A stretch of DNA of 64,000 nucleotides from assembly GCA_040954595.2 (NCBI GenBank), contig CM082585.2, forward strand, positions 9,226,564-9,290,563, read 5' to 3'. The notes beneath the pieces are model-generated. The model ran no database searches. It saw nothing but the letters and a program-made list of their open reading frames with translations, and was not told where the DNA came from. Positions 1 to 13,752 of the stretch are shown here, piece after piece; within the stretch, counting starts at the first letter, position 1; each line of letters starts with the position of its first letter. The translations under genes were made by a program, and so were the position numbers. The DNA comes from Balanoglossus misakiensis. Lineage: Eukaryota > Animalia > Hemichordata.

Positions 1-486
1 TATTGATGTACCAGTCGATCACCGTTGCTTTGGACGCTTTTCTTCTGTCATGCAAATTACCTCTCCATTCAAAGTAAAGTTTTTGTTACTAAGTGGTCAA
101 AGCACCGCTGTTTACACAGTAATCAATGCGCGAGAACTAAATATTTCAAAGTCCAATCAGCGGCCCGACGCGTGGTGTCATGTCAATTATTTTGCTCGAA
201 ATTGCACGTTTTTAATGTATAAATTGACAAGAAACGTCAAGAGAATTTGGAAAGGTTGTTGTTAAAACCGCGTACTACTGCCTGACAGCGGATGGATACA
301 GGATCCCTCGAAACTTTCACATGTAAACATTACCATCATGGCGGAGCTCTGACAAGTGTAGACGACGCGACGTGACGACCGACACCCCCGTCGATGTTTT
401 CACACTTATTTACTTACCAATATGCACCGTTCCGTCCGTTAACTACGGTGCCAGTTACTGTCAAGTATCGCCGTCCATAGCAGCCA

Positions 487-3400
487 ATGTCACAGCATAG
501 AGGTAGGAACATGACCAAGGGAGCGGAACAACGGCAGGGCTCGGGCTCGGGCAGACTTAAAAACAGTCGGAATCTCCGGTACCTCAACCTATCGTTCGGG
601 AGTGGGACCAACTCTTCGTCTTCATCCTATACGTCGAAGAGCAACGGGCACAGACCGCACGGTGGTTATAAAGGTAGGCATCGCACTTACGAAAACCCGA
701 GTGTGTCTGCTGCCAACTGTGGAGGTGTGACCCTAAAATTTTTAACACATATTACGTATATGTGTGAAGTATATGATTAGACATTTCAACTGACCGACAA
801 GTGTACTCTACTCTGTCCCGTTATTAACAATTTTGACAGACGTATGTCTGTGTCTGTAACACCTGTCGTGTTACTCAATCAGGCAGTCAGGTATATCACA
901 GGACTTACTGGAAATTTTAAATTGGTTCCAGTCTTGTCAAATCAGACTCGGACTCATGTATATTAAAACTCAGTAGCGCGAAATGAACATCATGTCGATT
1001 GCAGATGATACATTTTCTGATGGATAGTGTTAATAAACAAGTGGTAAAATTATATGATGCACGCGAGAAAAAATAAACTGTTGCATAGTATGACTGCTGA
1101 TCACAGAATTTGTATAGAGAACTGTGTATTAAAGTCAAATTATGCGACTACTAACAAACAACCAGAGATTCATGCCAAAAATGTCTGAAAGTCTTGACTG
1201 AATCTCTGACCGCGTTAGTCTCCATCCCTATATTTAACCCTTTCATCACCATGGTTTGGTCCAAATACATTGACTTCTATGGTAAAGTGGGACCTTTAAA
1301 TATGGAAACAGGTAAAGGGGTCAAAGAGTAAATCACATTGAACAATAGCAATATATTTCTGCAGAATGAATAAGAATTAACCCAGTTGTTTTTGGAAACT
1401 ATTTGAATTAGCGTTTTATTTACCCAATCTACTGATATCATCAAGTCTTATGAAGTATGTGAATTTTCAAAAAGACATTGTGGTGATCATGAGATATGTG
1501 CAAGCTGAATGTTTTTCACCTCTGCTAAGCAATCCATTAACTTGTGAAGTGTTTTGGCCTATTTTGCTGTAATTCTACTCTGCATCCAAATAGAGACATA
1601 AGTACGTACAGTGTTGAAGGGCGTTGAGGGTACTATGGCGTTATCAACAGGCGGTTTGAAAATACTCTCCCGATCGCCATGCAGCCAGGGTACCCAGGCT
1701 AATACAAATAAGTAGACAGTTGGACATACAGTGACGCAATCCATAAAGTTGTTAAAGCACTTGTGCATTGTGAAGGAGTTTGAACAAATGGTCTCAAAAT
1801 GGTTTAGTATCCCGTCTGGAGTAGGTCGGAGCCTGGTTGTGAAGGGGGTTCGGTACACAATTCATTGTCAGGTCTCTAGCCTACGCTGTTTACCTCAACT
1901 TTTATGCGACTAATCCTAAAGCACAACAAAAGTCCGCCAAACAAGAAGACTACTTGTGTTTGCTTGAAAATCGGCCAGAAACAAGAGATTTGTGGTAATG
2001 CCTCAAGAGCTCAAGCTTTAGTGCAAGCGTTATTAAATTGTTGAAACATGCCAGAAATGTGTAGTACCGTTGCAAATTATTTCAATCGGAAAGCAAAATA
2101 AAGATGTTGTGGTCGCCGACACAAAGGAAAGCCCACAAAAACCCATTGAGTGCATACGTGCATGTCGTACGTACGTGTATTGCCCTCTTCACAGTCGGCT
2201 GCCGAACGGCAAAAGCGTACAGGCGTAATGTTACACTCGCTCAGGTAGGAGTGACACAGCCTCTCTGTAATTCGAACACTGGGGTGGTCACAGGGCACGC
2301 ATGCAAACACCTCAGCAAAAACACAACCGATTGTTGTGGGAGATTGTGGAACAGTGTTTCTTGCTGAAAATAACAGTCGCTTTGAAAAGATGGCGCCATG
2401 TTATACCATCCGTTCTAAGCTGAGGGATAAACGGACGAGCTAGCACGTTTACTTCTCACGTAACGTTATAATTGTTCAAGACCTAAATGTACAGATTTTC
2501 AGTAAAAATAAAAATTTCAAGATCAGTTCTTATCCTCTTAATATAATCCTTGAAAATCATTTAATTATTTATCATCACTGAATGATTCATTTCAATTCAA
2601 ATGTTAAACGAAATTTGGGTCACTTTATTGAAGGTTAAACGTTTTCATTATCGGAAAAACTCGGCGGTTAAACGTGTTGAACAATAGGTTCGTACATACA
2701 CATGTCTCTATGAGATATTTTACGATTCAGCACAATACCATTATTCTCTCCTTTTGTTGTTGAAGTCACCTTTTCAGAAATAAAAAGCTACGCTGGCTGA
2801 ATGTCAAATCTGCTGACAAAACACTACAATGTCAAGTCAATTGACAAAACACGCTCAATGAGTTGACTGTTGTCAGAGGCTCATTTGTATCATTTCCTTC
2901 CTTTGGATGTAATTTATTAAGTGCCAACAGTGAACTGAATTAGCGTCATTTACATGAAACACAGAAAGTAGGTTATCCAACCACCTGCGCCTTCCAGTTT
3001 ATGATCTCCGAGCCGTGCTGGTGACACAAATCTTACATGTACCGTAAATACACTCTGGGCAGTTACAACTGTCTCCCTGCGGTTATAGATAATGTTGTAG
3101 TGACATGATTAAATTTTATAATATTATGCAACATTAGTGCCTTGCTTTTAAGAGTGCATGAAATTAAAGGTTAAAACATACTTTGATAACCAGTAAGACA
3201 GTATATTTCAGCACTACAGAAAAATATGACATTGAGAACCGGTGATGGCAACCATTAGCAGGTATTACATTGTTCAGAGGACGGTACACTTCTGGTATTT
3301 TCTGAGAATTCTAGTAAAGTGCATTAAAATTTTGTCAGATTCTCGATGATTGTGTGACTGGATAAGCATGAAAAATGAAACAGAAAGCCAAATTCTGTAT

Positions 3401-6400
3401 ACAGGTAAATAAAAAGGAATTCTAAAACGTGTTCTAGGTATTAGTTCACACAGTTAAGGAAAACTCTTTACAACTCCTCAGTAAGCTGTATAATTTGTTT
3501 GGAGATTGCATAGCACAGGCACTATGGTTTAAAATTAATAATATAATGTGAGAGTGTGTCAAACACAGAAGTTGATGGGCAATTAATTTGAAAGTGGGTA
3601 GAGTTGGCATGCCAACACCAGTAAGTCTGACACTTGGATGGTATATCTTTAAAAAACAAATGAAGACAATTTAAGGTATGTACATTTGTACAGAATAAAT
3701 CATCTTTGACACTCGCTGGAAGTTTTTAGTAACGACTGCGTAGCTATTGTAACTAGTACAGAAGCAGACTACAGCTAGGCGATCGGCAAGTGTGGTCATG
3801 GGTGGCAAGCCAGCAACAGTGAAGCATCATTATAATGTTGTCAAGCCAAAGCGCAGTTGCTGCAGAGAGTATCCAAGTGTATGTAGCTTTTTTATCGTGT
3901 GACCTAGAGACCTTACAGACCAGATCAGACCTTTTGGGAAATTCAAATAGACTGGTACTTGTACATGTGAACAGCAGGTGAGGTCACTTAAGGCCAGCTT
4001 GCCTAAATTTCTGTTGTCATGATTTTGCACACACAAAATCTGATCAAAATACAGTCAAACCTGTGTTAGTGACCACCTCTATATAGTGACCACCTCTATA
4101 TAGTGGCCACTTAGTTACAGTCCCTGTACAATTTACATGTGTATAAATTAACCTGTCTATAAAGACCACCTGTCTATAAAGGCCAGTTTGGTAAAGTCCC
4201 TTGACTGGTCACTATAGACAGGTTTGACTGTACTATTTCTAAGAGAACATTGTGTTTTATAGAAGTGCGGCGTGCCAGATTTATTTTCAATATATCATTA
4301 AAGAGCTTAAGCCCTGTATTCAAATTTAAAAGGGTCTGATCATAGCAACACAAATATGGAGCTCCTTTTTGATAGTACTCAAAATCATAATGCAGGAACT
4401 TCTCAATCAGTTGACTTCATAGCTAGCATTTAAGTCCCAGCGTAACTCTGTATGCTAGCGTCATAGGTTCGCTTAGAAATGAGTCATCAAATTGATTAAG
4501 CAGGTGTTAATAGCCCATTTGCAATGGATTTCAAATGCATTCAAATAATAGGAGTGTATACCAGCAGACTGAATTGGTATAATAGATGTCCAGACATAAA
4601 AAAAAACGAATTTGTTTGGCAGGTTTCATAACTCTTCTCTTTTCACTGAATCGCTGGCGTAGTGTATGTTGCTATAGTAACGTCATCCCGATGGCAGCCT
4701 TCACATTTTGCTCATTGACGACTGCAGTCAGAATTCTATTACTGCTTTGTGGTTAGTGTTTACTGGCTTGTTACAAGAGAAGACATTTTAATACACACGC
4801 TCTGCAGTTTTGAAAGGATCACTGCCCTGCCGTTTGCATCAGTAGAACTCAGGAAGATTACTCCTAACGAGATCAGTCTAGAATTATCGTCGGGGATGTG
4901 GGTGGTATAATTATTGATAGAAATATTGCAGCAAGTCTTTTGAATATAGTCATGCACAAATATTCCATGGAATAACAAACAGAGCGTGTGTTGGACTGTA
5001 TTAACAACATGTCCCTTCTATTTGCTCAGCCTCTTTGGCTGGGATGTTGTTGATCATGGTTCATATTCCAGATACCTGTGACATTACACATATTCATACA
5101 AGCTTGCTTTCCAAGGTGTTTCTCATTATCTTAATGAATCTTTTTGCATTCCCGAACACGCTCATCTGGCAAATATTCGATAGGGTATACACGGTGCTGT
5201 TGTGTGTATGTGCATGAGAGCCATGAGAGCCAGCCAATTAAAATGTCTGTTGCTTCTGTGACTCTGTTATTTTGTGTAACCATTTTGTTCATATATACCT
5301 TTAGACATGGAAACAGCTCATCCAATACATTGCAAACAGAGTCTTCGTCCGCACGTATAATAAGTGAATCATCCTACAGAAATGAAGATAAGATGCATCA
5401 TTAATATTAGATGTGGTCGTCTTCAAGGACATCACGTTATTAATTTCCGAAAGTGCCATATTATTGTCACATTACTGCTACCTGTCAGGTGTCAATTGAG
5501 TCTCCACAAAGACAAGATGTAAAAGTTTAATAAAAACAGATAGCTTTTCGAGTTTATGCAAAATTAGCTGCAAGTCACTGTATGAATGTATTGTAAATTG
5601 TCATTTTCTTCAACCTCCCCACATGTCACAATCCAAGAGCGAACCTTTCTCACAAAGAAAAATCAATCTACAGGTACATTTGTACATAGAAAGCTTTTTA
5701 CTGCCAGCCATGCAAACATACACTGTTTAACCCAGCTGTATGAGATACAACATGAAACCAACCCCACCAATGTTTGTTATTCTATACATCATTGTATGTA
5801 CGGAATTATTTCATTGATTGTAGGGTCACAGATGCTCAGAAAATCGATAAAACTCCACTGGACTAAATCAATATTGTCAACATTCTAAATTAACTAATCA
5901 ATACAAAATGGTCCAAAAATGACCCGTTGTACCAGACAGTGCCACTTGCCTGTTTATTTTGAAACTTATCATCTGTCACATTGCAAATAAACTGTGGCAC
6001 ATATGAATAAATTTTGAAATACCCATATATTCAGATCAGTCCTAAACTTTAATCCATTTGCAGAGATATGAAACATTCTCAATCATTTATTCATGATTTC
6101 AAAGTTCAACCATTTGATGATCAGGGATGTACGATAAGCATTCGAAAGATTTTATCCAACTCTGTGTTGATTATTTACGTGCTTGGGAACGAGATGCATA
6201 GTGTCTCCGGTATGTGAGCAATTTCGCCCTGAGAAAGTTCTTTTCAGGGGAAGAAAACACCCTGAAGTCTGTACACCCTCTTGAATTGTGAGTGAATGGG
6301 ACTTGGCATATCTTGGGCAATATCAACACAGCCGTGAGATACCATGCAATGGAAGAATTGAGTTGGAGGGTAAAAGAAGTCCATACAATGAGAGGCCAAT

Positions 6401-9400
6401 GACAAAAGATAAAAATATATAAAAAAAATCATCTATCATACATTTAATAAAATCATTTTTGGGGGTAGGGATGCAAAGCTCTGGGACGTTAAGCAATGCA
6501 CTTAGTTTGTATTTGTTGGAAACATTTTGTTGGATGTATGGTTCATTTAACATGCATCAGATGCCTCTCTTTGATGTTTGAAGAAATTCAAGAATTCAGT
6601 CAATGTTTGAAAAGACATGTTGTTTGGCCAAGTTTTGTTGAAAATTTGGAGAAACTAGTCCCTTTCAGGATATAGTTTTGGTTCATGTCTGACTTGATTT
6701 CTAATTTTACATTTTCAATTGACATTTTCACCATAATGCTATCAGTCACAATACCTATTATCAATTCTGGCCACTTAAACAAATGGACTGGATTCAAACT
6801 GTGGAATGATTTCCCTAACTGTTGCTAAATCATTGTGGTTATCTAACAACAGGTGTGTGGACATTCCTCACTGGGAATTGTCTAATGCGACAATGGGCCC
6901 CAGAAAGTCACCATTCAAGCCATCTTCTCTGTTGATATTGCCAGACAAAGGGCTGTTATACCCAATCCTTCCCCATAAAAATATATTGTTAGCCGCATTG
7001 TTAAGATGGGTCCCCGCTGATGCGGAGATGTCACGTTGCTATCAAACATCCACAAGTCAATATCCATGACCCTCCAGGGGGCCTGTCAAAGTCACGCCAT
7101 GATCTGCCAAAGAGCAACTCAAAGCATTGAAAGACTGACTCACTGTCCATATAGCCACGGCCACTGTAATACTGTCAAACCTCCACAGTTACAGTATGCA
7201 TATACATACATGTGTGTACATTACAATGTAAATGTTTATCTGCTTGCCAACACATGTGGAAGGTCATACATGTAATGAGCGACCTCGTTTAATTTATTCA
7301 CTTGTGTATTTATGAGATCGTCTTATTAAAATGTCATTGAAATTTAATGTTACTGTTTTGTATGGCAGCTCCGTCATGTTGTTGTACAAGGTTTATTTTC
7401 TTCAAATGTAATTCTTTTCCTCATAGATATGTCAAGTAAACCATTATCTGTTCTAATGTATTAGTTACGTACTACAAAATGCAGAAAAGCTGTTTTTTTT
7501 GTTACTTTGTGTTGTGTTGCATGGAGGCAAATTTAACTGAAAAAAAGCTGCAGGTGCCAAAAAGCATCATGCTGAAAGAAAGTTTAAGTTGCTGGTTTCG
7601 TGCTCATCAACAAATGCAGAAAAGTGCAAAAGAAAGTGTGTATTAATATTTTTTGTGATTAAGCCCAGCTTAACCAATTCATGCATACACGGGCCCGACT
7701 TACGAACACAATCTTAACTTTTTCTGACGACGGCTTGCACTGCTGCAACCTAATAGCATCATTTCATTTGCATAACTGCAACATCATTTTATTTGCATAT
7801 TAAACTGCAGCATGCTTAAACATACACACCCAATCTTGCTTTTAATGCTGTGAATTATGCATACGTTACTGATAAGGTGCTTTTTACAGTTTGCTTGCAT
7901 TATTGCAACTGTTTTAATGCAGTTGTATGTTATTTGTAGATTATCTGTATGCTATTTGCATGTTGGCAGGCTTTGCTAATTTGCATGTTTTTCTTCATAT
8001 CTTTCCTATCCCCCTGTTTCGTCTTTGTCTCTGGTCTTGTGTCTTTAACATCTATTCTTCCTTGCCTCAATGGTTTCTCTGCTTCTGTCCCTCTATTGCA
8101 ATCTCCGTTCTTGCTTTGTATGTTCTCCCTATCTCCCCTTGCTTTATCCCGTCCCCTTTTCCGTTTCTCTTTCCTGCTTAATTATTCTCTCTGCATGTAC
8201 ATGTAGTATGCCATGTGCTAGAGACCAATCTCCATTCTTCCCGTACACTGACCAACTCCTCCTCCCCATCAGGTGTCCCCAACCACCACCCACCTTCCAT
8301 ATTGTCTTATAACAAACCTCCAGAGTATCTAGAGAGTGTGAGGAACGACTGCGCCACCAAGCAGGAGCAGGAGAAGCTGGAGCACGCCTCCTCCCCCCAG
8401 TGGGTACATGGGGCTGCCAACACAAGGAATCATACAGGGGAATTTCCCTTATTTACACAGCAGTATTTATCGAGTTACAAGGTAAGGGTTCTTACCTTTA
8501 ATATTCTGTTTCAAGCTGGGTGACCTCTGCCCTAATACGTGACACACCAATCTCAAACTTCTCTCTGTGAAAAAAAAAAATCATATTTATTAAGCTGATG
8601 CAGAGAACTAGCTGTTCATAATATTAGACGGTGTTTTCCGAGAGAGAATGATACAGAAGTTGAGAAACATGCAACCAGCACGTTACATGTACATGTAATT
8701 GTTTGCTGTTTTGACTAGAATGAGCATTTCAAGATCTATTGACTGATCATGTTATTCAAGCACACTGCATTTTCACTTTCTTCACCATGTCTTTTGCAGG
8801 TGGAGCAGTTAGATGCCAGTGGGGGTGGGCTGAACATCCAACGGATGCAGAGCCCGGATAATCGCAGCGAGGGGGAGTACTTCAGACCCAACAGAATGCA
8901 CCAGTATCTGACAGCCACGGAAATGCCCCATGATTCCAAGAAAGGTGTGGATATCAAGCTAGGCAGGCCTACCCGTACCAGGTTAGTTTCTTCCGTTCTA
9001 GGGTGGTGTCCCCCCTGGACATTTTGCCACTCTAACCCTATCCCTTGCCAGAGCCTTGACTGGCGGGTGGGAAGTTCCCTGGGGTAAGATTGGATACTTC
9101 TTCAGGAAGACAGAAATGTTTTCTCCTATATGAGTGTAATAAACCTGTCATATCATCTCTTACAGTTTGTTAAGAGCCCGCCACAGATCACAGTCTGCAC
9201 CGCAGCTTAACTCAAGTCACATGGATGTGAGGCATCTACATCTGATTGGTCAAAGTAAGTAAGCGACAACCAGGAACACCTGGCTGTCCTCTTTCAGTGT
9301 TGCTTCAACACTGTACTAAGGCCGCTTTCATTCGTACAGTGGTAATGTCATTACAACATCAATTTGATAGCGTCTCCACCAGACAACAGATTTGAGTCAA

Positions 9401-12400
9401 TATTTGCTGTCTATGGAATTCAGTCCCAGCTAGTCAGTGAAGGTGTATGCACTGTTCGAATTATGTAAAGCTTGACAGAACATTACAGCACAGGGGTAAA
9501 CATTTCAAATTTCATGAATTTTATGGCTTCTGTGTTTGAGGATAATTTCAAAGTGATAACTTTTTTCTATGTTTTCAGTCTCAGACAATGCAAACAAGCC
9601 AAAGAAGAATGTTTTACACAAAAAGTAAGTCAGGCATTATGAAACTTGCTATCAGTATTCACTCGTACGCTTAATATCCATTTCTACTGAATGCACATTG
9701 TAAATTGTCTAGCCAGTGTGCGTAGATTTTCAAGCTCCATTCTCACCAAATGCTGTTCAAAATGGCTAGCCAGAACAGCTGTAATTGAATAAATGCACTC
9801 TGTCGCTGGCTGATTGCAGTAACAAGACACTGCTTCAGAAATTGCACAGGATAATCAAATTTTCTTGCTTTCCACCAATCGCTGATAATAACACAAGAAA
9901 TCTGACGAAATTAAATTATGCTGTGAAAAAAAATGCTTTTCTGAGCAAATTGGTCGCACTGCATATAGATTGGCCATTACAATCACATTTGTATTCCAAT
10001 GCAATGTTGGGTTAATCAGTGAATTTAATTGCGTGATAACATTCATTACTTTGTGTTTGTAATTTAATTTTGCAGTTTACTTCCGTCCACTGGGCCTGAA
10101 TCCCTCCACCAGTACCTGACTGGAGCCAGATACAACAGGTAGGAATCTAACCTTTGAACAGGCGGTATTCTCCCATGTAACGCATGTAACTGTAAATGAT
10201 TTGATGACACATACTGGCCATAGAGGGCACTGTTTCCAGCAAAGAGTCACAGGGGTCAGTTGCGCTCGAAAAAAAAAAAAAAAAGATTTTTTTTTTATCG
10301 TTGGAGGTAAAAAGTAAGGTGTCTGATAGCCCAACATGAAAAGAACACAAGCACAGCCAAATAAAAGCACATTCCTTTGACTTGATAGCCTTCACATTCA
10401 AAGCGAAAGAGACTGACAGGTAATATTAAGTCTGGGAAGTCGGGCTTGCAAATTTCCTGTAGCAGGCCCAGAATCAATATCCATAAACGTCATTTATTAT
10501 AAAGTACAGTTTTCATTTCCGGACACAACGGGAGTCAAACTGATCTTTAAATTTGAAGTCTGCACTGCCGTAATTACCCCATAATCCATTTGTGGGTTAT
10601 TAACCGACGCAATGCAGACAGAAAGCCTATAGACTGAATTTCTCAGGTTTCATTGATTTTAATGATGTCTTTTCTTGCAAGGGGTATGATTATCAGATGA
10701 TTAAATGCATGTTTGCCGTTCCCTAAATGGTTCTGGCAACCAGTGAATATTGCTGAGCAAGGGAGCCCTGCTTCATGAGATACAATTTTACTCTCTCCGT
10801 CCTAGGGAGTTCAAACTAAGTCAAGAAACCTTCATTTGGAGTGAAAGGTTTACCTTGAAATTTCAGTAAAATATATTCCTGATCATTTTTTCTCAGGGCA
10901 AGATGGATTGATCAGCATCACAGCGTTTCTAGATCATCATCCTTCCGAGATACGTCAGCAGAAGATGACCCTGGTAGGTGTCCCATCATTACTTGTAGGG
11001 AACAGCCAGTCTAGTGATGAAACAGGCGTTTACATCCCTCTAGCACTGAGAAATAGATGTACCCTGTTGCATGCACCCAATGTAGACAGTAGTCATGGTG
11101 GTGCGAGAGGGTTAAACATGCAATCATTTGTCTTCCTCTGTCAGACACCCTTAGACAAATGGCAATTAGTGTTGTAGAGTTCTGTGATAGCGTTTTAATG
11201 TCAAGCTGTCTAATTGTCACTAACTCACTTCAATGTTTTATGGTCAATGTACATTCAGGTTGTTTCCCAGTCATCATTGATCTCAAAGCTATCAGGAGAG
11301 ATTCAAGTGGCATGTATTTTCTTTTAAGTGTCTTTGTTTGGATCCAGCACTCCCCTAAACTCCCTAGCACAGTGGTTCAGTCCTGAAGCTGCACTTCCAA
11401 CCTAGGGTTGATCCATTTTGCTTTGAGAGGGGTGTGTATAGACTGGATGATTCATGTAGCGTTGGCACTCTTTATGTTGAATCGCAAAGAGTTCCGACAT
11501 TGCTGCTTTCAGTCTAAGGATACAAATCGTGCGTGTTTTGTTTGTTGTTTATGTGTCTGAACCCATTCATGCAATGTAGACAAGATCAGTCTCCATCACA
11601 ATAAATAGATTTAACTATCACAAACATTTCAGAATCCATACAGGTAATTGCATACTCATTTGAAGTGGTCCCTGTAACTACAGATCTTTCTAATACTGCC
11701 AGGTTTGCAGTGTTAATTTTGATTCATTCATATCCCCTGCACCAAAAGATCCCATACGCATGCGTATGTTCACTCCTTCAATCTCCCCACCCTTCACTCA
11801 TAGTTAATTAATTAAACCCCTCCATACATGTATATTGGTTGACCCTGTTGTTTTGCTACAATGTACCCATGTCCAAGGGTATGGAGTGTATTTCCTCATT
11901 CTCCAGTTGAACTTTATTGTTTGCAGTGATTTGACCTAGGTACAGGGACACACTTTGTTCATGATGTCAAAAAAATAATGTCAAAAGTGAACATTATAGC
12001 CCCTTTAATGCTTAACGTCCAAATAAAGCCATTTTCATCTGGTGTCACACACATCTCATTCATAAGTGCAGATGGCCTTCACTTTGATCAATATCAAGTG
12101 TGAACTTTTCTGACTGATGAGTATAGGATAAATGATACAAATGTAATCCCGCTTTGCTACGTGTTCAACATTGCTTCTCATCAAGACTGACTTTCTGTGT
12201 GACATGACATTTCATCACAGGTTATCTTCCTCCGTATGGGAGTGAGGCATCAAGTTCAAGTTCAAGCACTCCAGGAGACATGACCCCGCCCAAGGAGAAG
12301 GAGAGAGATACCCTGCCGCCTGCCGTCAACAAGAGTTCCGTCCCGCTGACCCTGAAGGAAATCAACGAGATAATAGACGTGGAGACAGAAAGCAAACTTA

Positions 12401-13752
12401 AAAAGGACATCCTGCCTGGTCGACCCAAACCAGCATGGGATGGAGCTGAGCGGGGTGCGGCCGGGGATGGTCTGTACGGAGCCCCCACCCCAAACAGCAG
12501 CAGAGAAGCAATCTACGCCGAAGTCAACGCTGTCTTGACGCCAAAGAGGGTCACCTTGCAGCCTCCGGAAGACAAAACAAACTCGCTCTCCCAGCATGAA
12601 CTGAAACGGCATTTGGGATCGGAAGCAGCGTGTGTGATTTGTAATAACTCTCACGGAGAGGATAACGGGACTGCCGCCGGGAGAGACCACTCTGGTGGTA
12701 GGGGAGATGCTGAGGGCTCACACAGAGCGGTCTATGGCAGCTCAGTTCAGCACAGCATGAGTATAACAGGTAAGTACGAAAAGGCAGTAATGTCTCAAGC
12801 CAACCTGATACACCAGCTTTACAACTTCAAGTTATCAAGAAAACTTTATATCTAAAACCCAAAGAAATGAAATAGTCTGACATGTTTTCTACTTTGATCA
12901 ATTGATACGCTAGGTACAAAAGTTGGCCTTGCAAGCCCAGGCAGACCCAAACCTGCACCCAGGAGAGTCACGTTTGGCGACAAATTAGCCTCACGGCTGA
13001 ACACTCAATACTACATGGACAGCAGGCAGGAAGTTCAGCAACCAGTTCCGAAAGAGGAGGAACCGCAGCAAGAAGTTAAAAAGGAAGAAAGTGTGGGAGG
13101 TGATGCGGAAAGGACAGAGAAAGAAGGGGAGACGGTTGCCTCGGAGATGCCCACAACTGTTGAAAACGATCCGGTTGTTAGTGAGGTTGCAGGAATGCAG
13201 AACGAGGATGATACTGGAGCCGCTGCTGATGATGAAGGGGATGTTGTTGCCAAGGAAACCGATGATGCTGGAGATGAGAACGGAGGCATGGATGACACTG
13301 CTGAGGCTGATGGAGTTGCCGGGAATGAGAACTTGGAAGAGAGTGCGGGTGACGATGTTGTTCTAGAAGGGGCTGGTGCAACGGAGGAGGAGGGGGATAG
13401 AGAGGAGGGGCTCCCGGCTGAGGAGGAGGAGGAGGAGCAAAATGTGCCGGACACGGGAAGGACTGAGAGCGATATGCCGGATACACAGCGGAGCGACATG
13501 GAGGAGACGCCAAGGAGCGAGGCTGATGTGGTGGGTAGGATTTCCGTGTCGGTCGTCTTGAAGGACAAAGATGACGAGAGTAACAGTCAGATTATCGTTG
13601 AAGAACCGGAGACTGGGAAAGCTGATGTGGAGGAGGAGGAGGAAGAAACGTCACGGAATGCGGCTGATGGAGTCAATGAACGGAATTCTCGGAATGATGG
13701 TGATGCCGTCCAAGAGGAAATGGCTGTAGAAAATACAGACAATGCTGAGTAG
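487..13752 (+). CDS. Uncharacterised ~768-aa low-complexity (probably disordered) protein with Glu/Asp-rich C-terminal tail; 9 coding exons
   Basis: Hand-built model join(487..673,8207..8481,8800..8981,9166..9254,9579..9624,10076..10138,10897..10973,12221..12769,12914..13752). All introns are GT-AG and phases match at every junction (1,0,2,1,2,2,1,1), giving 2307 nt without an internal stop. An alternative in-frame acceptor for exon 2 is at 8222. Linkage of exon 1 across the 7.5-kb first intron is the least certain part. No domain recognised. Confidence 0.8.
1234..1324 (+). mobile_element. ~90-bp MITE with TTAA-CCC...GGG ends (piggyBac-like termini), copy 1
   Basis: ttaaCCCTTTCATCACCATGGTTTGGTCCAAA...GGTAAAGGGGtcaa; clearly related to the opposite-orientation copy at 45549-45642. 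Confidence 0.6.
4052..4230. mobile_element. Tc1/mariner (pogo/Tigger-type) MITE, 179 bp, TA target-site duplication
   Basis: ta|CAGTCAAACCTGTGTTAGTGACCA ... TGGTCACTATAGACAGGTTTGACTG|ta: ~24-bp TIR starting CAGT, TA on both sides, internal sub-terminal repeats (GACCACCTCTATATAGT, CCTGTCTATAAAG). Confidence 0.9.
4668..4681. promoter_or_regulatory. RFX X-box motif GTTGCTATAGTAAC
   Basis: Near-palindromic X-box in intron 1 of the 487-13752 gene. Confidence 0.4.
7986..8195 (+). other. ~210-nt pyrimidine-rich tract directly upstream of exon 2 of the 487-13752 gene
   Basis: Almost purely C/T sequence with no AG dinucleotide seen, ending just before the acceptor at 8206. Confidence 0.7.

Noticed and set aside
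1600-2502. Possible Kolobok-like or other transposon remnant ending ...CTTATCCTCTTAA
   Set aside because: Could not find the matching terminus or TSD by eye.
4068-4185. Short direct repeats resembling a CRISPR or iteron array
   Set aside because: They are sub-terminal repeats inside the pogo-type MITE with no spacers; the context is eukaryotic.
13035-13568. 177-aa Ser-rich minus-strand ORF and other ORFs overlapping 12221-13752
   Set aside because: Antisense or alternate-frame shadows of the GA-rich acidic exons; the plus-strand frame is the one supported by splice phase.
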